From Endomicrobiales bacterium (GTDB lineage: Bacteria; Elusimicrobiota; Endomicrobiia; Endomicrobiales; CAWCFT01), in assembly GCA_963794945.1 (NCBI GenBank), contig CAWCFT010000001.1, positions 32,001-96,000 of the forward strand: a stretch of 64,000 bases of DNA, read 5' to 3'. A program made the translations under genes and the position numbers. The number at the start of each line of letters is the position of its first letter. The stretch's first letter is position 1. The notes under the pieces were generated by a model. The model did not search any database and was not told where the DNA came from. It saw only the letters and a program-made list of their open reading frames with translations. Of this stretch, positions 35,992 to 46,097 are shown piece after piece.

Positions 35992-37473
35992 TCACAACCA
36001 TTTTTTTAAAAATATTCTCTGAAGGAGGCCCTGAAAAGCCGTGTAATACTGCCGCCAGCTGGTCTCTTTATCGAACAGGAACTTCCAAACTGCCCTGAAA
36101 ATGAACTTCCTGTTGAAAATAGTGACCTGTTTCCACGCCCACTTATAAAGCTCGAATATCCTCTCCTGTGAAAGGTTCTTGGTTTTGAAAAGCACCTTGT
36201 CGCTGTAGTTGTACTCGTTCCATTTTTCCGAAAGCAGGTTGCCATCGCTCTTGAGTATCTTGTAGAGAGGCGTCCCGGGGAACGGCGTGTTTATACCAAG
36301 CTGAACAACATCAACGTCGAGTGATTTCGCGAACCTGACCGTCTCCCTGATGTCTTCCTCTGTTTCCGTGTGGTGGCCTATAATGAAGTTTACGACTATA
36401 TTGAAGTTGTACTTGTTAGCCATAGCGATAGCCTGCAGCACCTGGGCTAGCGAGATGTTCTTGCCTATGCTGTCGATTATCTTCTGCACGCCGCTCTCTA
36501 TCCCGAAGTTGATGCGGTAGCAGCCGCTTTTTTTCATAAGTTTGTACATCTCATCATCTAGTATATCAACCCGGGTGTTCGAGCAGACCCACTTGATGCC
36601 GAGCTTTGCTTCAATGAGCAAACGGCATATCCTTTTTACCCTCTCCGGGTCGAACGTGAAAAAATCGTCCGACATCGAAATCTCGTTAATTCCGTATTTC
36701 TCCACGAGGTATTTTATCTCGCCGACAACGTTCTCCGGGCTCCGCGCGGTTATCATGGAGCCGAAAACCTGTTTGTTGCAGAACACACAGTGGGCGGAGC
36801 ACCCACGGCTGGGCACAATGGTCGTAGAGAGCCAGCCTTTTTTAAGGTCCAGCGGCAGCATGTTCTTGTATCTTTCGGGGTAGCCTTTGAAGAGGTGCCT
36901 AGCCGGCATAGGCAGGCTGTCGAGGTCGGTTATCCTTGGAGGCCTTGGGTTGTTCACGGTTTTTCCTTCAACCGTCATGTAAACCCCCGGCACCTTGGAT
37001 ATCGCGTCAACGTCGAAGTTGTAAAGATGCGGTAGCAGATCGTATATCACCTGCTCCGCTTCGCCTTTAATGGCGATATCCGCTCCGTTATCAAGCGCTT
37101 CCTGCGGGAGCACGGTCACGTGCGGCCCGCCCATTATAACTTTTATCTTGGGGTTTGCCTGTTTTACAAGTTTAGCGTTCCTATAAGCGGCGTAAATGTG
37201 AGGTGTAAAACCGCTTAAGCCCACTATATTTATGTCGTTCTCAAGGACAAGGGCCTTCAGGCCTTCCTCGGAAAAATCTTCAATGAGGTAGTTGACGCAT
37301 TTTACAAACACGCCGTTGGCCTCAAGCACAGCCGCGATGTAGGCTATGCCAAGCGGGACGTAACCGAAACGCTGGCTGGAATCAGTAGAGTTTATAAGCA
37401 GGAATCTCAGCTTGTTTACTTCAGGGTTATTCTTGTGTCCATCAAATCCCAAAATGTCCTCCAATAAATTCAT
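35992..37473 (-). CDS. Cobalamin-binding radical SAM protein (class B methyltransferase-like)
   Basis: PLGIAYIAA, GGPHVT, GEAE, SRGCSAHCVFC, GIESG and PFPGT. Confidence 0.9.
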   Translation of the reverse strand: MNLLEDILGFDGHKNNPEVNKLRFLLINSTDSSQRFGYVPLGIAYIAAVLEANGVFVKCVNYLIEDFSEEGLKALVLENDINIVGLSGFTPHIYAAYRNAKLVKQANPKIKVIMGGPHVTVLPQEALDNGADIAIKGEAEQVIYDLLPHLYNFDVDAISKVPGVYMTVEGKTVNNPRPPRITDLDSLPMPARHLFKGYPERYKNMLPLDLKKGWLSTTIVPSRGCSAHCVFCNKQVFGSMITARSPENVVGEIKYLVEKYGINEISMSDDFFTFDPERVKRICRLLIEAKLGIKWVCSNTRVDILDDEMYKLMKKSGCYRINFGIESGVQKIIDSIGKNISLAQVLQAIAMANKYNFNIVVNFIIGHHTETEEDIRETVRFAKSLDVDVVQLGINTPFPGTPLYKILKSDGNLLSEKWNEYNYSDKVLFKTKNLSQERIFELYKWAWKQVTIFNRKFIFRAVWKFLFDKETSWRQYYTAFQGLLQRIFLKKWL

Positions 37474-37513
37474 TTAAACTTGCTGTTGAGCCAATTAAAA
37501 AACCTTCCATGCG

Positions 37514-37642
37514 TGTCATCCCAAATCCAGCCTAATTGTCATCTCGAATCCCGCAAAGCGGGATGAGAGATCTGGTTATTTTTGACAGAAGATTTCTCTC
37601 CCGCCACAGCGGGATCGAAATGACAACAATGGATTATTCAAC
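37514..37642. repeat. Palindromic element, family A (TGTCAT...ATGACA)
   Basis: The segment AGATTTCTCTCCCGCC..AGCGGGATCGAAATGACA...TTATTCAAC is shared with the copy at 47787-47895. Confidence 0.8.
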
Positions 37643-38387
37643 GAAGTCTACTTAAGAGTCTCTCTGCCGTATCAAGGTCCTGCTTGTAATTAATATTTAA
37701 GTAACTGCCTTCCAGGGGGAACGCCCTTACGGTCTTACCGTCTTTAACCATCATCTTCATCGTATCGGCAAGCTCTTTTCTGCAGGACTTTTCCGAGACC
37801 GCCGTCTTCTTGATATATTCGAAAACCGAAGGTTTAAATATGTATGTCCCGCAGCCGATGAGGTTATTGAACGGCTTCTCGGGCTTTTCCACGAGATCAA
37901 GCACGTTCCAATTGCCGTCAACCTTCACGGTATAATTCTTCTTAATAGACTCAAGGTCTTCGGTAGCGTTCACCGCTATCATGCACTCGGGGCTATCGCC
38001 TATTTCGTAACTCTTTAGCATTTCAGCATGCTTAGTGTTTACATATATCTCGTCGCCAAGAATGGTAAGGAACGGCTCGTTAATTATGTCCTCAAGCAGG
38101 AGGACGGCATCGCTGAGCCCGCACTTCACCTTGCTGTCTATAAACTTATTCTCAAGATAAGTGATAGAGAGCCCAAACTTTTCGCCGCTTCCGAAATGCT
38201 GTTGTATAAGCTCTTTCTTATATCCGACAATGATATAGACTTTCTCAAAACCGAGCCCCTTAAGCATTGTAACGACATGCTCAAGTATCGGCTTTCCCCC
38301 GACGGGTATCATGGGCTTTGGCAGATCGTCAGCCAAAGGCTGAAGCCGTATCCCTTTCCCCCCCGCCAGCACCACCGCGTTCTTCAT
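37638..38387 (-). CDS. Sugar-phosphate nucleotidyltransferase (NTP_transferase family)
   Basis: LAGGKGIRL.P...PKPM, GD, VEKP and YIF. Confidence 0.88.
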   Translation of the reverse strand: MKNAVVLAGGKGIRLQPLADDLPKPMIPVGGKPILEHVVTMLKGLGFEKVYIIVGYKKELIQQHFGSGEKFGLSITYLENKFIDSKVKCGLSDAVLLLEDIINEPFLTILGDEIYVNTKHAEMLKSYEIGDSPECMIAVNATEDLESIKKNYTVKVDGNWNVLDLVEKPEKPFNNLIGCGTYIFKPSVFEYIKKTAVSEKSCRKELADTMKMMVKDGKTVRAFPLEGSYLNINYKQDLDTAERLLSRLR

Positions 38388-38422
38388 TTTGTTTTCCTAT
38401 GTCCTTGTGATTTTCTGTTTAA

Positions 38423-38533
38423 CCTCCTCTCCCTCAACGGGAGAGGATTGAGGTGAGGGTGAACTTATTCCCCCTCATCCTACCTCACCGGAGGTGAGTC
38501 GCCTCTGGAGACTTCTCCCACAAGTGGAGAAGA
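38423..38533. repeat. Palindromic element, family B (CCTCTCCC/GGGAGAGG)
   Basis: CCTCTCCC-TCAAC-GGGAGAGG...GGTGAGGG...CCCTCATCC...TTCTCCCACAAGTGGAGAAG. Confidence 0.7.
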
Positions 38534-38593
38534 AATAATAACAAGACACTATTATACCATAGAACCGAGCAATAATATTACTTTATCCCGCGT

Positions 38594-38928
38594 TTACCTC
38601 GACTTTATCATCGTAAGCATCATCTTGAACTTTTCTTTCGCCTGCAGGGCGTGCGGCTTGTTCGCGGGCAGTGTAATATACTCGCCTTTCTTAACGGTGT
38701 TTCGTTTACCGGAAATAGTTATCTCCGCTTCCCGTCTACGATATAAACGATAGCGTCAAACGGCGCAGTGTGCGTGCTTAAGCCCTGCCCTTTGTCAAAA
38801 GCGAACAACGTCACCGTGCCGGTGCTTTTCTTCAGTATCTCCTGGCTGACAATTGAATCTTTCTGGTACTTAACCGTCTTCTTGAGCTTTACCGCCACAC
38901 CGAGCTTCACTTTCTGTTTGATAGCCAT
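38594..38928 (-). CDS. Cupin-domain protein (frameshift ~38730)
   Basis: TLFAFDKGQGLSTHTAPFDA, continuing in another frame as AEITISG...LPANKPHAL. GGAGG RBS upstream. Confidence 0.85.
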
Positions 38929-38993
38929 TTTATCCTCCAAAGATTATGCAAATGCATTAGGACTTTTTGACTTATTATAGATTATGACTAAAC

Positions 38994-39800
38994 TTAACTA
39001 TCTCCTTCATTATTTCTTGTCTCATCTATCATTTTCACTAGCTCTTCCCTCTTTGCTTTTAATTTTGTTTCCAATCCAAATTTACAATAATCGTTAATCA
39101 CTTTAAGCATTGAGAGAAACAACAGTAAAGAATAATATACAGCTTCACCCTCACCTTCGCTGCTAGCCGAATTGCTGACATTAATTTGATTATTTGCAAC
39201 GTTTGAAAAATCACCAACAACATTAATATTCGGATGAGTAAACTGACACAAACGACTGTAAATCGTAGAATACAGTTGATTGTTGGTCAATTCACACAAT
39301 CTTTTCAAAGTTAAAAAACTCCAATTAGTATTCTTTGGTTTCTCACCCTTCTTGCATAATTTACATTTTTCTTCTTCGATAAGCTTATCTATTTCAGGCA
39401 AAGAAACAGAAAATTGCTGGATCCTCGATTTGAAAATATCTTTCATTTTATCATCTGTCAGCCGATTATATTCTTCACTTAAGTGCCTATATGTTTCTTT
39501 GTGCCCATGAGCAATAAACAATTTTGCTCGATCATGCTGCTCTTGTTCATTACCGTATAATATATATGAAAGCTGCAACATTGTTCTCAAAAACTACTCT
39601 TGAAAGACAGCAGGCATCTTCGTTGTGACCTATTTCAGCTAAATGCAATATTGAATGTAAAGATTTAGAACTTCTCCCTAACAAACCCATTACCACTTTT
39701 GCGACAATATCATTAAGATTTGTTTTTTTCCGTTAGTAGACTGTTTCCAATCGTTTTCAAACCAATTTATAAATGATTTGAAGTATTCAATTCTATTCAT
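38994..39800 (-). CDS. DUF5677/HEPN-like protein (two apparent frameshifts in the 5' part)
   Basis: Reconstructed EDACCLSRVVFE-TMLQLSYI...W...L......Y..IYSRLCQFTHPN, which contains an Rx5H motif. AT-rich coding sequence. Confidence 0.55.
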
Positions 39801-39989
39801 ATCTGTGTTTACCTGCCTTATTTCTAAACTTTTAGTCCTAGTGTATGTTATGTCTCTACATCATCCGATATTAATTACTACCGTCCCCATTATTCTATGT
39901 TATTACAAATATTTTGAATTATTATAACTTATGTCAACACTCCAGTTTTTAGTTCAACAGCTCAAGCCTGATAATACGTACGTATCAAG

Positions 39990-42804
39990 CTACTTGGGGA
40001 TACACATTAGTGAATACATATTTTTTGTTATTGACTTAAACTTCGCTTTTAATGTATCTGTGGTTTTTGTATATGTAAATAGTTCTACATGAGTCTTATT
40101 TTGAATATTTTGTTGCCATGCTTCAATTCGTTCTTTTATATCAGGATCGTTTTCCAATCCACTCGTTTTTGTTATTTCGATTAGTGTTTCAAAGGGCATG
40201 TACACCTGCGCAAATTTAATATTATCTCCTGCAATATGCCCTATAGTATATGGTTCCCAGTAGTCTCTGATTATGTTAGGATACTTAAGTAGGTTTCTCT
40301 TTGCGGCCTCACGGATTCTATTTATCTCTGCCGAATTGTTTTCTTCTCCTGACCAAGACTGCCAGAGAACAAATTGGTAGTTCTCTTCTTTTTCATATAT
40401 ATCTTCCTTAGCATAGTTCTGAAAAGTAGCGACTGTTTGCTTCATCTAAGACCGATTTAATTAGTCCCAATATCATATAATTATTATATCCTTCTCTTAT
40501 CTTTTGGATAACGAGTATATCTCTTGGTTCATTAGTTTCTAATAAATAATTAGAAAATGTATATTTAGCATAAGTAGAGACATTAGATGCGGTTAAGAAT
40601 TCCTTCAATGCATCACGAATAGTGTCAAGAGAATAATTTAACTCCACCAACAGTATCATTTTTTCTTTTAAATGATAAACAGCCGACCCAATTCGTGAAT
40701 CAATTCCAGAGTTAGATTTAAATTCAAAACTCTCATTTATCAAACGCTTCTTGATTTCCATAAATACATCATAAAGTATCTTATCATTATCAACCCCGAA
40801 ATCTTTCAAATAACCGGAATAATCTAATACATCCTGCGACTTCAATTGTTCAAGCTTAAGCTTACCTGCCTCATGCTCTTGGAGCCAAAGAATGGAATTC
40901 TCAAGACTATTTGCTGGGTCATCGGGACTAAACCCGACATATCTCCTCATTGTTTCCTGTAGAGAAAGGGAACCAAAGTATTCAGGTGCATGTGATATGC
41001 GAGATGTTTCTATTTTATCAATACAGAAATGACCAATGAGCCCTATCAATTCTTTAATTATCGGTTTATCATGCTCACTAACATCCTTGCCGGTTTCATC
41101 CTTTATCCACGTAAAAATGACTTTATCTTTATCCTTTTCGTCACCCAATATTCTTTTAAGTTCCCTATTTTCTTTCCAAGTTTCGTAAAAATAAACCGGT
41201 GAATCCTGGCAAATCGTTTCAAAAAATTCAAAAAGAACAGGATGTCTTATTTTTGCATATTCCATAAGTATAGTATCTGCAAGACGCACTTTAAATGCTT
41301 TACCAGCTTTCGCTTCTAGTGCTCCTAAAGTGAGTTTCCATCCCCCAAGCGTACGGTTTATCATTCGCGGTGATTCATCTGCCAGTATCTTTATAACGTG
41401 AAGCATAGCCACATCTGAATCTTCAGGCCATTTAATAAAAGGGTCTGCAACATCATACATTCTCGCTAAATCGATGCTTACATTTTTTTGCATACTTTGC
41501 GAGGTTCGCTCAATTTGTTTTTTCGCGAACTCCCGTCTTTTTGTGCGGTTTGGCATTGGGAGTTTAAATTTATGTGTAATATTCTTAGGATTCATGAAAA
41601 GAAAATCAGTTATAAGCATGGTCTTCGGCTCGCTTCGTTTGTGGGTTTTAAGGCGTGCCTGAAGGTCTTCGTTTGATATGCAAAGCACAAATATCATTTG
41701 TACCGGCAAACCGTAACACCCCAAGTTCTTAAAACGTTCTATTATTTCAATCATTCTGAATATCTCATCAAATTCCGCTCGATCAACTTCGTCAAAAACA
41801 AAAAGCCATCGTTTTTCCCTTATTTTATTAACATTGCCGAACAAGCGTGCTGTTTCTGGTGACACTTCCTTCGGACATTCTTTTACGGCATTTTTATCGT
41901 AACATCCTGTAAGAGTACTGATAAGACCTCTATCGCAACGCAGTAAAGGTTTCAACCATTCGTTACCTGTATCACGCAACACTGCTTCCATAAACGGTAA
42001 AAACTGAAACACTTGAAGCTTCGGATATCGTTCAGTCAGCGTTTCAGACCATCGTTCCGCGAAAAGTCTCTCTAAATCCCGTGCCTCATTTGTTTCAGTA
42101 AGTGACAAATAAGAGTAAAGTGTATCTTCAGCGTTGAAATTTTCTATTGTCATTCGTGCGAATGATGATTTGCCCCAACCCATGCCTGCCGATATTTCAA
42201 CTACAATAACATATTCTGCTAATTTCATCAGTTCGTCAGCGATCAATTTTGCTGCTGGGGCAATATTAAATTCATCATTTTCACTTCCAACCGTCTCGTA
42301 TGCAAACCTCCAATTTTTCTTCATTTCTTCGAATGAAAATGTTTTTATTAAAGGATATGTGATAATTAGAACCATGGAAGGGAATGCCAAATAGAATAGC
42401 CACCAAATAGGCAATATTTGCGATAGCCATTTCACAATTAAGTGAAACCTTACCAGAATATGCGCAGAAAAACCTATTTGAGGCATTGGAATATTAGTAA
42501 AGTAAATAATCGCAACAGCTACCGCATCAAAAAATAAGAGAACCATAAAAAACCTAACCCATGAAGGTGGTTTATACAGTTTTTGGACTTTCAGGGCACT
42601 ATGTAGACTAAACGGAATGTCCCAAAGAAGAGAGGTTAGAAAAAACACAAACAAGAGTATTGAAAGTATGTCGGGAAGCAACAGGGCTAATGGCGAAAAT
42701 AAACCCCACCCTCTTGTTGCAAAGAATAATTGTATGCACAATAAGATACTTAATGAAAACAACGCATAGAGAGTTAAGAAAAAAATATTTTTTAAGTTCT
42801 TCAT
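39990..42804 (-). CDS. KAP-family P-loop NTPase with N-terminal transmembrane helices (~937 aa; frameshift at ~40423)
   Basis: About four hydrophobic segments, then Walker A AGMGWGKSS, Walker B FVFDEVDR and a later SPR motif. One fewer T joins ...SRYF to QNYAKED. Confidence 0.78.
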
Positions 42805-42870
42805 AATGGTAAAGGTTTCACTAACTATTTTGCGTCATAATGTATCAATAGTCAAAATCGGCTAAATGAT

Positions 42871-44424
42871 TTAAGAAGCGGCCTGCACAACAACCGCGCT
42901 TGCTTCAATGACTTGGCCGTTTGGCATCAGGCAGGATACTGTCAGCTTGCCGGGCTGGGCAAGCGGCGCGGGCAGTTTTACGGTTACCTGCGGGCCCCAA
43001 TCTGGCGTTACTTCAACGCCTTCGCCATGCCACTTTATTTCCTTATTGCTTTTGTCCAGCGGAACCGGGTGTCCCATAACCTGCGCCGTTGCATATATTG
43101 GTTTGGATTCATTAAGCATGAGGCTTATTTCGGTTAGCTTTTCCGCTGGCGGTTTTGCCTGGTCGAAAGACAGCTTCAGTTCTATCAGGTCAAAGCCGGC
43201 GGTTGCGTTGTTGGCCGAAGGTAAGATCTCTCCCTGCGGGCTTGCAGCCCGCGGTCGAGATGACACATTGGACTGAGATGGCACTTGGGGTTGGGGTGAT
43301 ACCTTGAGCTGGGAAGACTGGCTTGGGGCTTGTTGAATGGCTGGCTTCTTGTGTTTGGCAGAGGCGGTTTTCAAGCCCTTCTCCGCTGATTTTATCTTGA
43401 GTTTTAACGCTTTAAGCTCGGCTTGTTTTTGCGCAATGTCCTGCCTGATGCCGGATGAATCACGCTTGATCTTCTCTAACCCTTTGGCGGCTGTTTCCAA
43501 GCCTTCAATCTCTTTCTCAAGGCTGGCCATGCTTGCCTTGTCGGCTTTAAGAGCGGCCCTTGCAGTCTTCAGTGCTTCAGGGTCAGGTTTTGGCTTCGCG
43601 GCGGCCTTTGCCTTCATGGCCTGTTCATCATCCCTCTGCTGAAATGCATCGTCTACGGCCTTATGAACGTCATCTTTGGTTGAGCCCTTGGGCAATATAC
43701 CTGGTAAAGTCATGCCTTTGGCAGACTCGACTATCCTTATGCCTGTGGGCTGGGCCTTATGAATGGCTGCGCTAGACACACCCCCCTCACCTATACCCGC
43801 CGATGAGGCGGGCCCACCTGCCTGTGGCTTCAAGGCCCTATTCACCAGAATTTCAAGCTGTTTTACTGAAAGGCCTTCCTTCTCGCACCGCTCAAGCATG
43901 GCTATTTTGGCCTCATCGCCCTCCAGGCGCACTATCTGGTTTATTATGCCAATACCGATTTCCAAACGTTTGGAAATTTCCTGAACAGGCACGGATAGCC
44001 TGCCGGCGGCTACATATTGGCCAACATAACTATCAGTTTTATTGATCCTTTTTGCCAGCTCACCATGGTTTATCTTTGCCGTTTCCATCAGCCATATATA
44101 TGATAGCCCGGTATCAATAGGAGACTCAGCAGCCCTTTCTCCATTCTCCGATATCATCAAACTGAGCCTCTGCTCTTCTGTCATGTTCTCTATTACAAGG
44201 CACCGGAACTGCGTACGCCCCAGCTTTTTTAACGCCGCGAGGCGCCTTCTGCCTACCGCAAGAGTATAACGGCCGTCTGCCTTTGACCCTACAACGCCAT
44301 CCTCTATAAGGCCGTTCTGTTCAATGTCTCTAGCCATTTCATCAATGCTTTCCTGGCTGTGCTTGCGCCCGCGCTCAGGCACATCAATAAGGCTGATGTC
44401 TATCATCCGCACTTCATCTGCCAT
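42871..44424 (-). CDS. ParB/Spo0J-family protein with a long C-terminal extension
   Basis: ParB N-domain (IEQNGLIE...LAVGRRRLAA..LG...ISEN), an HTH (HGELAKRINKTDSYV), then a Lys/Ala coiled coil, a Q/S/P linker and a beta-rich tail. Confidence 0.8.
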   Translation of the reverse strand: MADEVRMIDISLIDVPERGRKHSQESIDEMARDIEQNGLIEDGVVGSKADGRYTLAVGRRRLAALKKLGRTQFRCLVIENMTEEQRLSLMISENGERAAESPIDTGLSYIWLMETAKINHGELAKRINKTDSYVGQYVAAGRLSVPVQEISKRLEIGIGIINQIVRLEGDEAKIAMLERCEKEGLSVKQLEILVNRALKPQAGGPASSAGIGEGGVSSAAIHKAQPTGIRIVESAKGMTLPGILPKGSTKDDVHKAVDDAFQQRDDEQAMKAKAAAKPKPDPEALKTARAALKADKASMASLEKEIEGLETAAKGLEKIKRDSSGIRQDIAQKQAELKALKLKIKSAEKGLKTASAKHKKPAIQQAPSQSSQLKVSPQPQVPSQSNVSSRPRAASPQGEILPSANNATAGFDLIELKLSFDQAKPPAEKLTEISLMLNESKPIYATAQVMGHPVPLDKSNKEIKWHGEGVEVTPDWGPQVTVKLPAPLAQPGKLTVSCLMPNGQVIEASAVVVQAAS

Positions 44425-44446
44425 ACTTTTCCTCCAATTTCCATTC

Positions 44447-44568
44447 TCCCCTCTTTTAGTTCAAAGAGGGGCAGGGGGAGTTTTTGAGCTTCCGCCTTAC
44501 GTACTAATAACTCCCCTTTATCCCCTCCCGCAAAGATCGGATCTTCAACTTTGTGAATAAAGAGGGGA
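44447..44568. repeat. Palindromic element, family B
   Basis: TCCCCTCTTT...AAAGAGGGGCAGGGGGAGTT...AACTCCCCTTTATCCCCTC...AAAGAGGGGA. Confidence 0.75.
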
Positions 44569-44604
44569 AATATAACATTCCATGCTTGCACGTACAACTT
44601 TTAT

Positions 44605-45861
44605 TTATTTTAGTTTTTCGTAAAGCTCTATCATCTTCTTGTGCGGCTCGGAGGCTTTGGAAAGCTCGGTTATTCTCTTTTGCGCGGCCTCACCAAACTT
44701 ACGGGCCAGGGCCTTATCACGCAAGAGCGTCGATATCTTTTCTGCAAGCATTTTGGACGAATCGAAGTTGAACAAAAGCCCGGTTACGCCGTCCTCAATG
44801 AACTCGGGTATCCCTCCAAGTTCGGATGCAACGATGGCCTTATCCATGAACATGGCCTCGATAACCAGCAGAGGGGACATGTTTTCCCACTGCTCAGGTA
44901 TCGCGACTACTGCCGCGTCTTCCAGCGACTTCTTTATTTCCGCTCTCGGAACCTGTCCGGAAATGTATTCATACCTGGAGCTCTCAATTGTCTTCAGCTT
45001 TACGGCAACCTCTTTTTTGTAGCTGTCTTCCCATTTTACTTCCTGCGTTATTATTTTCAGTTTGGCATTCGGGAATTCTTTCCAAACCATTTCCATGGCG
45101 TCAAGAAGGGCCGAAAGGCCCTTTCTTTTTTGCAGCCAGCCTATAAAGAGTACGCTGTCTTCAAAACCTTCCGCCGTTTTTGCCGCGGCTCCGAATTCTT
45201 CCGGTATATCTACGGGGACAGTGTCAATTTTATCTTCTTTGATACCGTAGGCCTTCAATATATCGCGCGAGGACTTTGAGAGAACGACGAACTTGTCTAC
45301 CCTGCTAAGGAAAATATCAAATATTGTTTTGCGGAAAAAAAGCAGCGCCTTTTGCACGGGCATAAGCACCGGCGGCATGCACGGCCCGCAGTGGCTTCCG
45401 TGGAACTTCCGGCAGGCCGCGCTGTGTTCGCCCGAAAGAGTGCTCAAGGGGCAGAAATACCAGTAGTCGTATATTGAGAGCACAACAGGTATCTTAAGAA
45501 GTTTCGCGGCAACAAGCGGCGCGAACGTAAGAGTGTACATATTGTGCATGTGCACGGCGTCCGGCTTTGTTTTTTTGAACGCAATATAAGCCGCGATAAA
45601 CGTGAGCGGGTCGAACTGGAAAATGTACCACTTTAGTACGCTGACAAATCTCGCAAGTGGCCCCGAAAAATCCTCTTTGACCGGAAGAGCCTTTACATTG
45701 AATTCCTTTTCCTGTGGTTCACTCTCGAACTTTGTAGTGTAAATATCATTCTGCACACCGCTTTTTGCAAGCTTTCTTACAAGCCGGAGAGCGGCCTGCT
45801 CGCCGCCGCCGACGCGTTTGTGGTAGCCCGGGAAAGTATTTATTACGTGCTCTATTTTCAA
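44605..45861 (-). CDS. Glycosyltransferase family 4 with a Cys-rich insert
   Basis: GGGE, PDAVHMHN, GWLQKRKG, E...LLVIEAM and GGIPE. Insert YDYWYFCP...C.....C..C. Confidence 0.9.
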   Translation of the reverse strand: MKIEHVINTFPGYHKRVGGGEQAALRLVRKLAKSGVQNDIYTTKFESEPQEKEFNVKALPVKEDFSGPLARFVSVLKWYIFQFDPLTFIAAYIAFKKTKPDAVHMHNMYTLTFAPLVAAKLLKIPVVLSIYDYWYFCPLSTLSGEHSAACRKFHGSHCGPCMPPVLMPVQKALLFFRKTIFDIFLSRVDKFVVLSKSSRDILKAYGIKEDKIDTVPVDIPEEFGAAAKTAEGFEDSVLFIGWLQKRKGLSALLDAMEMVWKEFPNAKLKIITQEVKWEDSYKKEVAVKLKTIESSRYEYISGQVPRAEIKKSLEDAAVVAIPEQWENMSPLLVIEAMFMDKAIVASELGGIPEFIEDGVTGLLFNFDSSKMLAEKISTLLRDKALARKFGEAAQKRITELSKASEPHKKMIELYEKLK

Positions 45862-45874
45862 TTAATAATACCTC

Positions 45875-45971
45875 AAACTCCCCTCAATCCCCTCTTCATC
45901 TCAAGAGGGGATGCTCATTTTTTCGTCTTTTTATTCCCCTCTTTATGTTGAAAGAGTGGTTAGGGGAGTTT
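45875..45971. repeat. Palindromic element, family B
   Basis: AAACTCCCCTCAATCCCCTCTT...AAGAGGGGA...TCCCCTCTTT...AAAGAG...AGGGGAGTTT. Confidence 0.75.
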
Positions 45972-46043
45972 CTGATACAATTCCAATAAATTGACGTCGT
46001 GTAATCAAAATCCACCAAAAACTGACTATTTTCCTCTTATTCA

Positions 46044-46072
46044 TTGACAAGGCAACCCGCAAGAGATAGAAT
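46044..46072 (+). promoter_or_regulatory. sigma70-type promoter of the PilZ gene
   Basis: TTGACA-17 nt-TAGAAT. Confidence 0.65.
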
Positions 46073-46097
46073 TTTTCTGTACCCAGAGAGGCTCCTT

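Noticed and set aside
38945..44424. Prophage, plasmid or integrative element suggested by ParB
   Set aside because: No integrase, replication, ParA, structural or conjugation genes, and no att-like direct repeats were found.
44403..44597. 64-aa ORF upstream of the ParB gene
   Set aside because: It is a translation of the family-B palindromic repeat with no independent coding evidence.
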